Assembly: GCA_964614515.1 (NCBI GenBank)
Contig: CAZTPJ010000012.1
Coordinates: 1,691-65,690 of the forward strand
Direction of reading: 5' to 3'
Length of the DNA stretch: 64,000 nt
Source of the DNA: an uncultured Phycisphaeraceae bacterium
Lineage (GTDB): Bacteria > Planctomycetota > Phycisphaerae > Phycisphaerales > UBA1924
Part shown: piece by piece, positions 54,852-63,656 of the stretch
Layout of the letters: each line of letters starts with the position of its first letter
Position numbering within the stretch: the stretch's first letter is position 1
The notes under the pieces: generated by a model
Database searches by the model: none
The model's input: only the letters and a program-made list of their open reading frames with translations
What the model was told of the DNA's origin: nothing
Program-made: the position numbers and the translations under genes

Positions 54852-57800
54852 CTACGGCCCCACAGTCCCTTCACCAGGTTCGGGCGACCCGCTCGCATCC
54901 CCCGGCCGCAGATGGCGATGGATGAAGTCATACTGAAGCCGCCGATAATGCGCGCCGCCGATCCCGTGCCTCGCGCCGGGATAAATCATCAGGTCAAAGT
55001 CCTTCCGCGCATCCTGCAGCGCCCGCACCAGTTGCATCGTGTTCTGCACATGCACGTTGTCATCCAGCGCGCCGTGCGCCAATAGCAGCCGCCCATGCAG
55101 GCGCGACGCCGCCTTGATCGCCGACGAGGCGTCATAGCCCTCCGGGTTGTCCTGCGGCGTGCCCATGTAGCGCTCGGTGTAGATCGTGTCATACAGGCGC
55201 CAGTCCGTCACGGGCGCGCCGGCAATGCCGGCGCAGAAGAGCGTGCTATGCGTCATCGCGAAGGCCGTCATGTATCCCCCGTAACTGTGCCCCGCGATCC
55301 CCACGCGCGAGGCGTCCGCCCAGGGGTGCGCGGTGAGCCATTGGATCGCCTCTTCGATGTCCGCGAGTTCCGACGAACCGAGGTTGCGATACGCCGCCCA
55401 CGCCGACACGCTGCCCTTGCCGCTGGCGCTGCGCGGATCAGCGCGGAACACGATGATCCCGTCGTTCGCCAGCACCTGATCCCAGGTATTCACGCTCCAC
55501 GAGTCGCGAATCGTCGGCGATGCGGGGCCGGCGTAGGTCTGGAACCACACCGGATACGTCCGCGCAGGATCAAAGTCCGCGGGCTTGATGATGCGCCCGC
55601 TGATCGGAAAGCCATCCTTCGTTTGAATCGTCACGCTCTCGCCGGGCAGCACGCGATATTCATCGAGCGCCCGAACCGGATTCGTATCAAGCGTGCGAAC
55701 CAGCGCCCCCGATGCATCGCGCAGCGCCACGCGCGTCGGCTGCTGCGGCGTGGACCAACTGTCGATGAACAGCGCCCCGCCGGGCGAAACGTTCGTGCGA
55801 TGGTCCCCGCCTTCGAGCGTCAGGCGTTCGATCACATGCGATGGTTCGCCCTCGCCGCTCGCGTGCAGCGACACGCGATACAGATGCTGCCCGAGCGGGT
55901 TGTCCTTCATGGCCGTGAGATACACATGGCCGCCGGCCTCGTCAATCGTCGAGATCCCGCGCACATCCCACTCGCCCTGCGTCAGCGTACCCACCATGCG
56001 CCCTCGCGCATCATACCGATAGACATGCCGATATCCCGAACGATCGCTCAGCCACAGGAACGTGCCATCCTCCAGAAAGTGCGGCCGTGACGGCGCGATC
56101 CACGCCTGCGATTCATCGCGGAAGAGCACGCGCATGTCTTCGCCCGATGCACTCGCGCGAACGACATCCACCCACGTCTGCACGCGATCCTGCACAAAAA
56201 CATACATTGCCGAGGCATCCGGCCACCAGCCCACGCCCGTGATGATGATCGAGTTCGCGTCATACCCCGACAGATCAACGAACCCCGGCGTCCCCCCCCC
56301 CACCGTCACCACGCCCACCGTCACGATCGGGTTCGGCTGGCCCGGGCGCGGATATCGCGAGACTTCGACGACCTGATCGTCGCTTCGCTCATCGACGAGC
56401 GTGAACAGCGGCACGCGCGAGCGATCACTTCGCAGGAATGCGATCGCCGACGAATCCGGACTCCACCAATACGCGCTCCACGATCGCCCGAACACCTCTT
56501 CAAAGTACACCCAGTCGTTCTTGCCGTTGAGGATCGTGTCGGAGCCATCCGTCGTCAGTCGGCGCTCGGTCTGCGTGGCGACATCGACGACGAAGAGATC
56601 GTTGTCTCGCACAAACGCGACGAACGCGCCATCGGGGCTGAACGTGGCGAGTTCCTCACGCTGCGGCGTGCTGGTCAGGCGCACGACGCTCGACCCGTCA
56701 ACCCGCGCGACGTACAGATCATTCTCGTGGTCGAAGAGCGCCGCGTCGCGGGCTTCGGTCATGCGCGACGGGCGACGCGCGAGGTTCCGCGCTGAACGCG
56801 CCCCGATCGTCGCAACGCCCGCCAACGCACGCTCCATGTCGCCAAAATCCTGATACACCTCGCTGCGACCCGTCCGCGCATGCACCTTGCGCACTCGCCC
56901 ATCGCGCGTCTGCGTGTAATGCTCATCATCAATCCACGACATCCCCCCCGCCGGCGAGCCCCCGAAACTCGGCGCGCCAGAACGCTCGAACATCAACTCA
57001 TATGTGATCCGCTTGAGCGCCACAGGCGGTGCGACCAGCGACGTCGCCTCGATGGTCAATAGCGGCTGCTCCTCCATCATGCGCATCACGGGAAACTCGC
57101 CGCCGAGCGCCAGGCCATCATCAAAATAGTTCCACGTTGTCAGGCCATCCTCGCTCATCGGCTCCAGCAGATACACGATCAGATGCGACAGGCGCTGGCG
57201 CGTGGGCACGATGAACGTTCCCGCGGGAATCATCCGCGATGCGTCCGACGCCGTGACCTCGACCGTCGCCACGTTCTGCCCCTGAAACGGACGCGGCGAT
57301 TTCGTCATCGACTCAACCGTGAACATCTCGACATCGAGTTCGATGTCCTCGCGCAGTTCACGCACCTCAATCCCGTGCCATTGCAGATTCTCCACGACGT
57401 GCGTCATCGACGCGGGAATCACATACGCCCACGGCCGTTCAACATGCAGCGATCCCTCGAAGCGGTCCCAGAGTTCCACGACATAGTTGCGATGCGTCTC
57501 GGTTCGCGTGCGGCGCTCTTCGACCATCTCTTCCACGAACCCGAGAATGGTGAACTGTCCCTGCGCGGGGGCGATCCTGCTGCGAATGGCCACGGGCTCT
57601 TCCGCTCGCTCCGCGCGGCGATCAGCTTCGCTGATGAGCCGCTGAATGTCGGCGCGGCGATCGGCCGCGAACGTCAGCACACCGCGACAGAACGCCAGCG
57701 TCCCGAGCACGCGATCCTCATACGACGCATACGAATACGACTCCGACAACACGCCCAGTCGCCCGCGAAGCCCGAAATATGTCGTGCTGTATCGCGCCTG

Positions 57801-58628
57801 CCCGGGGAACGACTCCCACTTCGTGTGCCCATCGGCGAAGTTGCCATACGGCATGAGCACCATTCCGGCCGTCTCGCTCAGGTCGCGCGTGATCGCCGGC
57901 ATCATCGTGTCATTGAAATAGTCGATGACGGCCTTGTCCCCGGCCGGATTTCGTGGCCCCGCGTGCGTGATGAGATGCCGATGCCATGAGCCGTTGGTCG
58001 TATGCGCATCGAGGATGATCGCCGGATCCCATTCGTTGATGAACGACACAAGCCCGCGCGTCTCGGGCGCCTTGAGTTTGATAAAGTCGCGATTCAGGTC
58101 CAGCCCCTGCGCATTCTCACGAACACCCATGCCCTCCGTCGGGCCGACCTGGCCCGGGCGGTTGTTCACGGCCACGCGCTCGTTGCCATCCGCGTTGTAG
58201 TTTGGCGCGATGATGATGACGAGATTCTTCAGCAGCGGCTCCTCCTCGCGCAGCGCCAGTTCCCGGGCGAGCATCAGCAGCGCTTCTTTCCCATCGCACT
58301 CGCCCGAGTGGATGTTTCCAAAGAACAGCACCACGAGCCGGTTTCCTCGCCGTGCCTCTTCCGGCGTGGACACCGGTGGATCGGCGATGACCACCGCGGG
58401 AATGCTGCGTCCTTCAAACGTCGTGCCGATCTCGACGCGGCGAGCCCGCGCGGACGCGGCCGCGATCGCGTCAAGCAGCGCAACGACTTCATCGTGCCGC
58501 GCCGTGGCCGTATACCCCGATCGCTCGGCCACCGTCAGCATCGGCTCGGGCGCTGTGTCCGGCTGGGGAAGTTGGGCGAAGGCGGGCAGGGCGAACACGG
58601 CGGCGAACAACGTCAAGAATCGTCGCAT
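54852..58628 (-). CDS. secreted fusion of an M14 metallocarboxypeptidase, a DPP-IV-type beta-propeller and an S9 serine peptidase
   Basis: Signal peptide. M14 motifs NIHSGECDG, DLNRDF and DAHTTNGS. DPPIV_N-like middle region. GHSYGGYMT with downstream D/H for the S9 catalytic domain. Confidence 0.8.
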   Translation of the reverse strand: MRRFLTLFAAVFALPAFAQLPQPDTAPEPMLTVAERSGYTATARHDEVVALLDAIAAASARARRVEIGTTFEGRSIPAVVIADPPVSTPEEARRGNRLVVLFFGNIHSGECDGKEALLMLARELALREEEPLLKNLVIIIAPNYNADGNERVAVNNRPGQVGPTEGMGVRENAQGLDLNRDFIKLKAPETRGLVSFINEWDPAIILDAHTTNGSWHRHLITHAGPRNPAGDKAVIDYFNDTMMPAITRDLSETAGMVLMPYGNFADGHTKWESFPGQARYSTTYFGLRGRLGVLSESYSYASYEDRVLGTLAFCRGVLTFAADRRADIQRLISEADRRAERAEEPVAIRSRIAPAQGQFTILGFVEEMVEERRTRTETHRNYVVELWDRFEGSLHVERPWAYVIPASMTHVVENLQWHGIEVRELREDIELDVEMFTVESMTKSPRPFQGQNVATVEVTASDASRMIPAGTFIVPTRQRLSHLIVYLLEPMSEDGLTTWNYFDDGLALGGEFPVMRMMEEQPLLTIEATSLVAPPVALKRITYELMFERSGAPSFGGSPAGGMSWIDDEHYTQTRDGRVRKVHARTGRSEVYQDFGDMERALAGVATIGARSARNLARRPSRMTEARDAALFDHENDLYVARVDGSSVVRLTSTPQREELATFSPDGAFVAFVRDNDLFVVDVATQTERRLTTDGSDTILNGKNDWVYFEEVFGRSWSAYWWSPDSSAIAFLRSDRSRVPLFTLVDERSDDQVVEVSRYPRPGQPNPIVTVGVVTVGGGTPGFVDLSGYDANSIIITGVGWWPDASAMYVFVQDRVQTWVDVVRASASGEDMRVLFRDESQAWIAPSRPHFLEDGTFLWLSDRSGYRHVYRYDARGRMVGTLTQGEWDVRGISTIDEAGGHVYLTAMKDNPLGQHLYRVSLHASGEGEPSHVIERLTLEGGDHRTNVSPGGALFIDSWSTPQQPTRVALRDASGALVRTLDTNPVRALDEYRVLPGESVTIQTKDGFPISGRIIKPADFDPARTYPVWFQTYAGPASPTIRDSWSVNTWDQVLANDGIIVFRADPRSASGKGSVSAWAAYRNLGSSELADIEEAIQWLTAHPWADASRVGIAGHSYGGYMTAFAMTHSTLFCAGIAGAPVTDWRLYDTIYTERYMGTPQDNPEGYDASSAIKAASRLHGRLLLAHGALDDNVHVQNTMQLVRALQDARKDFDLMIYPGARHGIGGAHYRRLQYDFIHRHLRPGDASGSPEPGEGTVGP

Positions 58629-58673
58629 GGCAAACTCCTGGCGAGGATGGTGAAGGATACCGCGCGGCGGGCC

Positions 58674-59759
58674 TCAGAGTTTCATGAACGGCATTACCAT
58701 GCTCACCGCAATGAGGATGATGATGATCCACTCAAGGATCTCCATCCTTCGCGTGGCCTGGCGGTCGTTGATCTTGTCATAGATCGTCTCAAGCGTGCCA
58801 AGTTTTCGCAGGATACTCGCATCCCACTGCGGCAGGTGCAGCCGCTGCCCGGCCAGGCGATACACCCGCGCAAGGTACTGATCCCCAACCAACTTCAACG
58901 CGTTGTTCACCCCCTCGAACAACATCGCCGCATCCACCTGCATCCCCGCGATCCGACGAAGATTCGCCGCCGAGGCACGCCCGAGCAGGCCCGTGCCCGC
59001 CTGCACGGCCTCGTGCGCGTCCTCCAGCGCCGCATCAAGCCTCGCGTCCAGATACCGAAGCTCAAGCAACTCGACATTGGCGAACTCGAGAATCGACAAC
59101 ACATCACCCTGATCCGGCCCCAGCAACAGCGCCGCGTTCCAGTCGATGACGGCCACATCCCGCGACGTATACGACGTCTTGACGCTCACCGCTTCGGCAA
59201 CCTCTTCGGGTGATAGCGCGGCCGCCTCCGCGCGAAGCAGTCGCGCCACGTCCGCACGGTGCGCGAAAACGCACGCCCCCGCGTCCGCATCCCCCTCCCA
59301 CGATTCAACGTGATACGTGACGTAATCCTCCACCAGCGGACTCAAACGCGGATGCGAGACCGCGGTGACGATTCGATCAAGCACATCCCGGGCCAACGCA
59401 CGCGACGCTTCGATGAGTTCGACATTCTCATACAGTTTCACGGCCAGCGGACCAATCGCCTCAATCGGTCCGTCAATCGCCACGCGCCACGCGATGCACA
59501 CCGCGCCAAAGTCATACAACACCAGTTCCACCTCCGCGGCCGTCGTGCGACCGGCGATCGCGATGGGCGCGTGCGTCCGCGTGAAGCGCACGGGCGGAGG
59601 CTCATACTGAATCGACGCGGAGGAGCGCGGGCCGTGCGTAATTACCGCGCGACGCGCCCCTTCGGACGACAGCATCACCTGAGCGCGATCAAGATCGATC
59701 CCATAGCCGATATCATGCCCGAACATGATGTGGCACACGCCCCGGGTGATGTTCAGCAT
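58674..59759 (-). CDS. hypothetical protein with a C-terminal TM anchor (possibly DUF155/RMD1-like)
   Basis: 361 aa with a C-terminal EILEWIIIILIAVSMVMPF. The overall layout recalls DUF155; this is from memory only. Confidence 0.35.
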   Translation of the reverse strand: MLNITRGVCHIMFGHDIGYGIDLDRAQVMLSSEGARRAVITHGPRSSASIQYEPPPVRFTRTHAPIAIAGRTTAAEVELVLYDFGAVCIAWRVAIDGPIEAIGPLAVKLYENVELIEASRALARDVLDRIVTAVSHPRLSPLVEDYVTYHVESWEGDADAGACVFAHRADVARLLRAEAAALSPEEVAEAVSVKTSYTSRDVAVIDWNAALLLGPDQGDVLSILEFANVELLELRYLDARLDAALEDAHEAVQAGTGLLGRASAANLRRIAGMQVDAAMLFEGVNNALKLVGDQYLARVYRLAGQRLHLPQWDASILRKLGTLETIYDKINDRQATRRMEILEWIIIILIAVSMVMPFMKL

Positions 59760-59839
59760 GGCTCAGGCTAGGCACGTTCACGTCCGGAAAGTCCTACCCT
59801 GTGTCATCGCGGCCATTTCGCCGCCGTTGGGAGACCGAC

Positions 59840-60238
59840 ATGCACATTCGCCACTCAGAACACGCCCGGGGGCTTCCCGTCGTCCCCGTGACCTACATCC
59901 TCGAAGATCCCAAGGGCCTCACGGGCGGCGAAAAGGCCGAGTACACGCTCATGGCCCGTAAAGGCGAGCATCTGCTCGAAGTCGCGATCGAGAACGGCAT
60001 CAACATCGAGCACGCCTGCGGGGCCGTGTGCGCCTGTTCAACATGCCACGTCCACATCGAAAAGGGCATGGACCACCTCTCCGAATCCACCGAGGCCGAA
60101 GAAGATCGCGTCGAAGAAGCCCCCGGCCTCCAACGCAACAGCCGCCTGAGTTGCCAGTGCATCATCGAAGGCCCCGGCCCCATCCAGGTCCGCGTCCCCG
60201 CATGGAACCGCAACGCGGTGAAGGAGGTGCCGCACTGA
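59840..60238 (+). CDS. fdx: 2Fe-2S ferredoxin, adrenodoxin/ISC type
   Basis: EHACGAVCACSTCHVHI...NSRLSCQ gives the four-Cys pattern of ISC-type Fdx. The ATG at 59840 with a GGGAGA RBS is preferred over the GTG at 59801. Confidence 0.85.
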   Translation: MHIRHSEHARGLPVVPVTYILEDPKGLTGGEKAEYTLMARKGEHLLEVAIENGINIEHACGAVCACSTCHVHIEKGMDHLSESTEAEEDRVEEAPGLQRNSRLSCQCIIEGPGPIQVRVPAWNRNAVKEVPH

Positions 60239-60254
60239 GCGAGTTCAGTTTTCA

Positions 60255-60316
60255 CGCAACGGTGGCACGGGCGTCTCGCCTGTATCGCAACGGTGGCACA
60301 GGCGTCTCGCCTGTGC
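60255..60316. repeat. two tandem REP-like units, CGCAACGGTGGCACRGGCGTCTCGCCTGTR, between fdx and iscX
   Basis: The units lie at 60255-60284 and 60286-60315. The second forms GCACAGGCG-TCT-CGCCTGTGC. Same family as 22072-22098, 22189-22215 and 36255-36281. Confidence 0.85.
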
Positions 60317-60340
60317 GGAGCATCCTCCTGGAGGTGTTCA

Positions 60341-60571
60341 ATGCCCAAACCCTTCGGCTGGCTTGAAGTCAGGCTCATCGGCGAGATGCTCGCCGAGCGG
60401 CATCGCGACATCGATCCATACTCCATCGGCTTCCCGCGACTGCGCTCGCTGGTCGAAGCGCTCCCGGGCTTCAAGGAAGAACCCGGCCACCCGGTCAACG
60501 AACGCATCCTCGAAGAAATCCAGCGCTTCTGGATCGAAGAACGCGAGGAACTCGCGGAAGATGAGGATTGA
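60341..60571 (+). CDS. iscX: Fe-S cluster assembly protein IscX (YfhJ)-like
   Basis: W.EVRLIGEMLAERHRDIDPYSIGF..L..LV..LPGFKEEPGHPVNERILEEIQRFWIEE aligns by eye with E. coli IscX (W.DSREIGEALYDAYPDLDP.TVRF...NEKILEAILLVWLDE). A GGAGG RBS is present. Confidence 0.7.
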   Translation: MPKPFGWLEVRLIGEMLAERHRDIDPYSIGFPRLRSLVEALPGFKEEPGHPVNERILEEIQRFWIEEREELAEDED

Positions 60572-60701
60572 CGCAGAGCGACGATCGACGGAGGATGAAG
60601 ATCGACGGCACAAGGCCGTGACTGTCAGGGAGCCGTTCTGCACGGGTAGAGCCGGCGCTCTCGTCAATGCGTAGAATGACTGGCACAGTGGGAGGAAGAG
60701 A

Positions 60702-61334
60702 ATGCGAGCCGTGCGCATCGCTATCGCGTTGATTGTGACCCTCAGCGCTCCGTTGGCTTCGGCCCAGACCGGACCCGCCGGCGGGTGGCTGATCGACGTC
60801 ATCGGTCAACCAGTCTCACCGACCAACCCGTCAACAACGGTTCGCCTGTCGGCCTACTTCCCTTCGAACATGTGGGCGTTCGCTAGCGGGTCGTTCGATC
60901 TCACGTCCACCGACATCACCGGCGAGTTCAGCAACCCACACATGCCCCCGCCGCTCCAATGGCCATGTGCGCACCTCTTCAACACTGGCACTTTCGTCAA
61001 CGGCGGGGCGTACGGTGTCAGCTTCGGCCAGATCAACGTTGTCGGTTGCATCGCCAACAGCGCCAACCCTTTGGCCATCTGGGAGGCGACGTGGACCACG
61101 CAGGACTTCACGCCGCGCGAGGTGTACCTGGAAACCCGCAATACGCCGGGGTTCTACGTCTTTCCGACGCCGGCCGTCACGCTTGAGACTATCGAACTCG
61201 TCGCTCGCAACCAGTTCCGCCACGGCACGGCCGTGATCCAGGTCATCCCCGCGCCAAGCGCGGCAGCGCTGTTGCTCGCGGCCACGGGCGCTGGTATGCT
61301 GCGACGTCGGCAGCGGATGAGTCCTCGAACGTGA
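60702..61334 (+). CDS. secreted protein with a PEP-CTERM-like anchor (paralog 1)
   Basis: GGGAGGAAG RBS, signal peptide, and tail VIPAPSAAALLLAATGAGMLRRRQR. Confidence 0.65.
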   Translation: MRAVRIAIALIVTLSAPLASAQTGPAGGWLIDVIGQPVSPTNPSTTVRLSAYFPSNMWAFASGSFDLTSTDITGEFSNPHMPPPLQWPCAHLFNTGTFVNGGAYGVSFGQINVVGCIANSANPLAIWEATWTTQDFTPREVYLETRNTPGFYVFPTPAVTLETIELVARNQFRHGTAVIQVIPAPSAAALLLAATGAGMLRRRQRMSPRT

Positions 61335-61347
61335 TCGGAAGCGGATT

Positions 61348-61998
61348 GTGCGTGCCCATCGCATCGCTGTCTATGTAGTGCTTACGACCGTCGCCCCAGG
61401 CGCAGCCGCTCAGCCGGGTCCGATGGGTGGGTGGCTGATCGAAGTGATCGGCGAGGCGGTTTCGCCCAGCAACCCATCCACGACCATCCGAGTCTCGGCT
61501 TACTTTCCGGCACACCTTCAGGGGTTCTATGGCGGCCAGTTTGATCTCGTCGGCAGCGATCCGACTGGCACGATGTCGAACTTCCTTCTTCCCGAACCAC
61601 TTGGTCCGCTGCCGCCGGGGCCGCACGGCTGCTTTGGACTCATCGTCTTCGGGGCAGTCCCGGGTGGATACCGCTTCAGCTTCTTACAGGAAGGCATCGT
61701 CGGGTGCCTTCCGCATCCGGCCAATCCGCTTCCGATTCTAGAGGCCCAGTGGACGACCACCGACTTCACGCCGCGCATCGTTGATCTCGAAACTCGAAAC
61801 TCGATCCAGTTCCTCGTGTGGGTCGATACCAACGGCAACTGGATCGACCTCATCCCGCGCAACGAGTTTCGCCACGGCACGGCCATGATTCAGGTCATCC
61901 CCGCCCCGGCGGGGACTCTTGTCCTTCTCGGCGTTACGGCAATGTGTGTGCGCCGCCAGCGCGCGGGCTCGAAGCACCCCGCCGCACCCCTTCGGTGA
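61348..61998 (+). CDS. secreted protein with a PEP-CTERM-like anchor (paralog 2)
   Basis: Shares GGWLI.VIG..VSP.NPSTT.R.SAYFP, W.TTDFTPR...LETRN and RN.FRHGTA.IQVIPAP with paralog 1. GTG start. Confidence 0.65.
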   Translation: MRAHRIAVYVVLTTVAPGAAAQPGPMGGWLIEVIGEAVSPSNPSTTIRVSAYFPAHLQGFYGGQFDLVGSDPTGTMSNFLLPEPLGPLPPGPHGCFGLIVFGAVPGGYRFSFLQEGIVGCLPHPANPLPILEAQWTTTDFTPRIVDLETRNSIQFLVWVDTNGNWIDLIPRNEFRHGTAMIQVIPAPAGTLVLLGVTAMCVRRQRAGSKHPAAPLR

Positions 61999-62006
61999 AA
62001 CAACGA

Positions 62007-62945
62007 CTAGGCACGCGCCCGATCCAATGCCTGCATGACGATGCGCGGCCAGGTGGGTTCGGGCGTTGACGCCGCGTCGATCCACACGCTCCCCGGCGTC
62101 GTGCGCAGCCGACGCAGCCACGTCCGCTGGTTCTTGGCGAACCTGCGCGTCTCGATCTTGATGCGCTCGATCGCATCGTCACGCGAGCAGCGGCCCTCGA
62201 AATGTTCGATGAGTTGCTTGTACCCCAGCGCCTCTTTCGCGGTGGGGCCAAATCGCCGTGCCTCCCACAGCGCCCGCGCCTCCTCAACAAGCCCCTCGCG
62301 CACCATCGACATCACACGCGCGTTGATCCGACGGTTCAACTCCGCCGTCGCCCACTCGATCCCGACAAGCACCACGCCCTCGCGAATCCCCCCTCCATCC
62401 CACTGCCGCTGCAACTCCGAGATCGGCCTGCCCGTTTGTCGATAGACCTCCAGCGCGCGGATCGTGCGGCGTTCATCGTTGGCATGAATGCGCCCGGCCG
62501 CGGCCGGGTCAACACGCGAGAGTTCCGCCCGTCGCTCGATCTGCGACATCCCTGCAAGCGCCTCCCGAATCGCAGGATCAGGATCAGGCCCCTCGAACAG
62601 CCCTTCCAGAAACGCCTTGATGTATAGATGCGTCCCGCCCACCACGATCGGCACCCCCCCCCGCGACTGCACCTCCGCCACGGCCCGCTCGGCCCGTGCC
62701 AACCAGTCAGCAACGCTGAATCGTTCCGTCGGCTCCGCGATGTCGATCAGATGATGCGGCACGCGCTCGCGCTCCTCGCGCGTCGGCTTGGCCGAACCGA
62801 TGTCCAGCCCCCGGTACACCTGAATCGAATCCGCGGAGATGATCTCCGCGCGGATTCCCCGCGCTGCGAGGGCTTCAAACACGCCAAACGCGAGGCCAGA
62901 TTTGCCTCCGGCCGTGGGTCCGGCGATGACGGGGTAAGGGACCAT
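62007..62945 (-). CDS. miaA: tRNA dimethylallyltransferase
   Basis: VIAGPTAGGKSGLA...SADSIQVYRGLDIGSAKPT..E...VPHHLID...VGGTHLY. The ATG at 62945 is preferred over the GTG at 62972. Confidence 0.9.
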   Translation of the reverse strand: MVPYPVIAGPTAGGKSGLAFGVFEALAARGIRAEIISADSIQVYRGLDIGSAKPTREERERVPHHLIDIAEPTERFSVADWLARAERAVAEVQSRGGVPIVVGGTHLYIKAFLEGLFEGPDPDPAIREALAGMSQIERRAELSRVDPAAAGRIHANDERRTIRALEVYRQTGRPISELQRQWDGGGIREGVVLVGIEWATAELNRRINARVMSMVREGLVEEARALWEARRFGPTAKEALGYKQLIEHFEGRCSRDDAIERIKIETRRFAKNQRTWLRRLRTTPGSVWIDAASTPEPTWPRIVMQALDRARA

Positions 62946-63007
62946 ACAATCAGGGACTTCGGCGGGTGACACACGATCCAGCGGGGGAACGAAAGGGTGG
63001 TGGAATC

Positions 63008-63586
63008 ATGGCGGGTGCGACCTCGATGCTCAAGTCCGAGTCGGTCATTTCTCTCGATGGGATGGTGGCCAGAGAGGTCGAAACGCCCCTGGGCAAGATG
63101 ATCGCCTTCGGCACGCCACGCGGCGTCTGCCTCCTCGAATTCGTCGATCGCCGCTCCCTCTCGTCCGAACGCGATGAACTCGAACGCCTCCGCGGCGAGG
63201 TCTCCTCCAAGGGCAAGAACAAGCACCTGGACCAACTCGCCAAGGAACTCGACGGATTCTTCGCCCGCAAGGTCAAGAAATTCACCGTCAAACTCGACAC
63301 GCCAGGCTCGCCATTCGAGCACAAGGTCTGGGGCCGACTGCTGACGATCCCCTACGGCCAGACGCTCTCCTACGGCCAACTCGCCCAGGACATGGGCGCA
63401 CCCGGCGGCTCGCGGGCCGTGGGTCGCGCCAACGGACGCAACCGCGTCGCCATCGTCATCCCCTGCCACCGCGTGGTCAATGCGGATGGCTCCCTCGGCG
63501 GCTACGGCGGCAAACAGTGGCGCAAACGCTGGCTCCTCGACCTCGAAGCCGGCCGTGAGCCGACGATCACGGAGACGGCAGACTGA
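63008..63586 (+). CDS. ogt: methylated-DNA--protein-cysteine methyltransferase
   Basis: FEHKVWGRLLTIPYGQTLSYGQLA...GSRAVGRANGRNRVAIVIPCHRVV..DGSLGGY contains the PCHRV active site. Confidence 0.88.
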   Translation: MAGATSMLKSESVISLDGMVAREVETPLGKMIAFGTPRGVCLLEFVDRRSLSSERDELERLRGEVSSKGKNKHLDQLAKELDGFFARKVKKFTVKLDTPGSPFEHKVWGRLLTIPYGQTLSYGQLAQDMGAPGGSRAVGRANGRNRVAIVIPCHRVVNADGSLGGYGGKQWRKRWLLDLEAGREPTITETAD

Positions 63587-63656
63587 AAGCGGTGAAGGAT
63601 CGAAAGTGCCGATCGCGCAAGTGATCGATAACTCGCCTGTTGGGGTCGTAGGTCCG

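Noticed and set aside
54728-54931. N-terminal extension of the response regulator ORF (202-aa version).
   Set aside because: The extension is Arg/Gly/Cys-rich with no coding character. The receiver domain begins at MSCKTIVLADDE, and part of the extension (54852-54931) overlaps the 3' end of the peptidase gene.
62966-63007. The longer ogt ORF (GTG at 62966) and the longer miaA ORF (GTG at 62972), which would overlap head-to-head.
   Set aside because: Internal ATGs at 63008 (ogt) and 62945 (miaA) give N-termini typical of the families and leave a normal divergent promoter gap.
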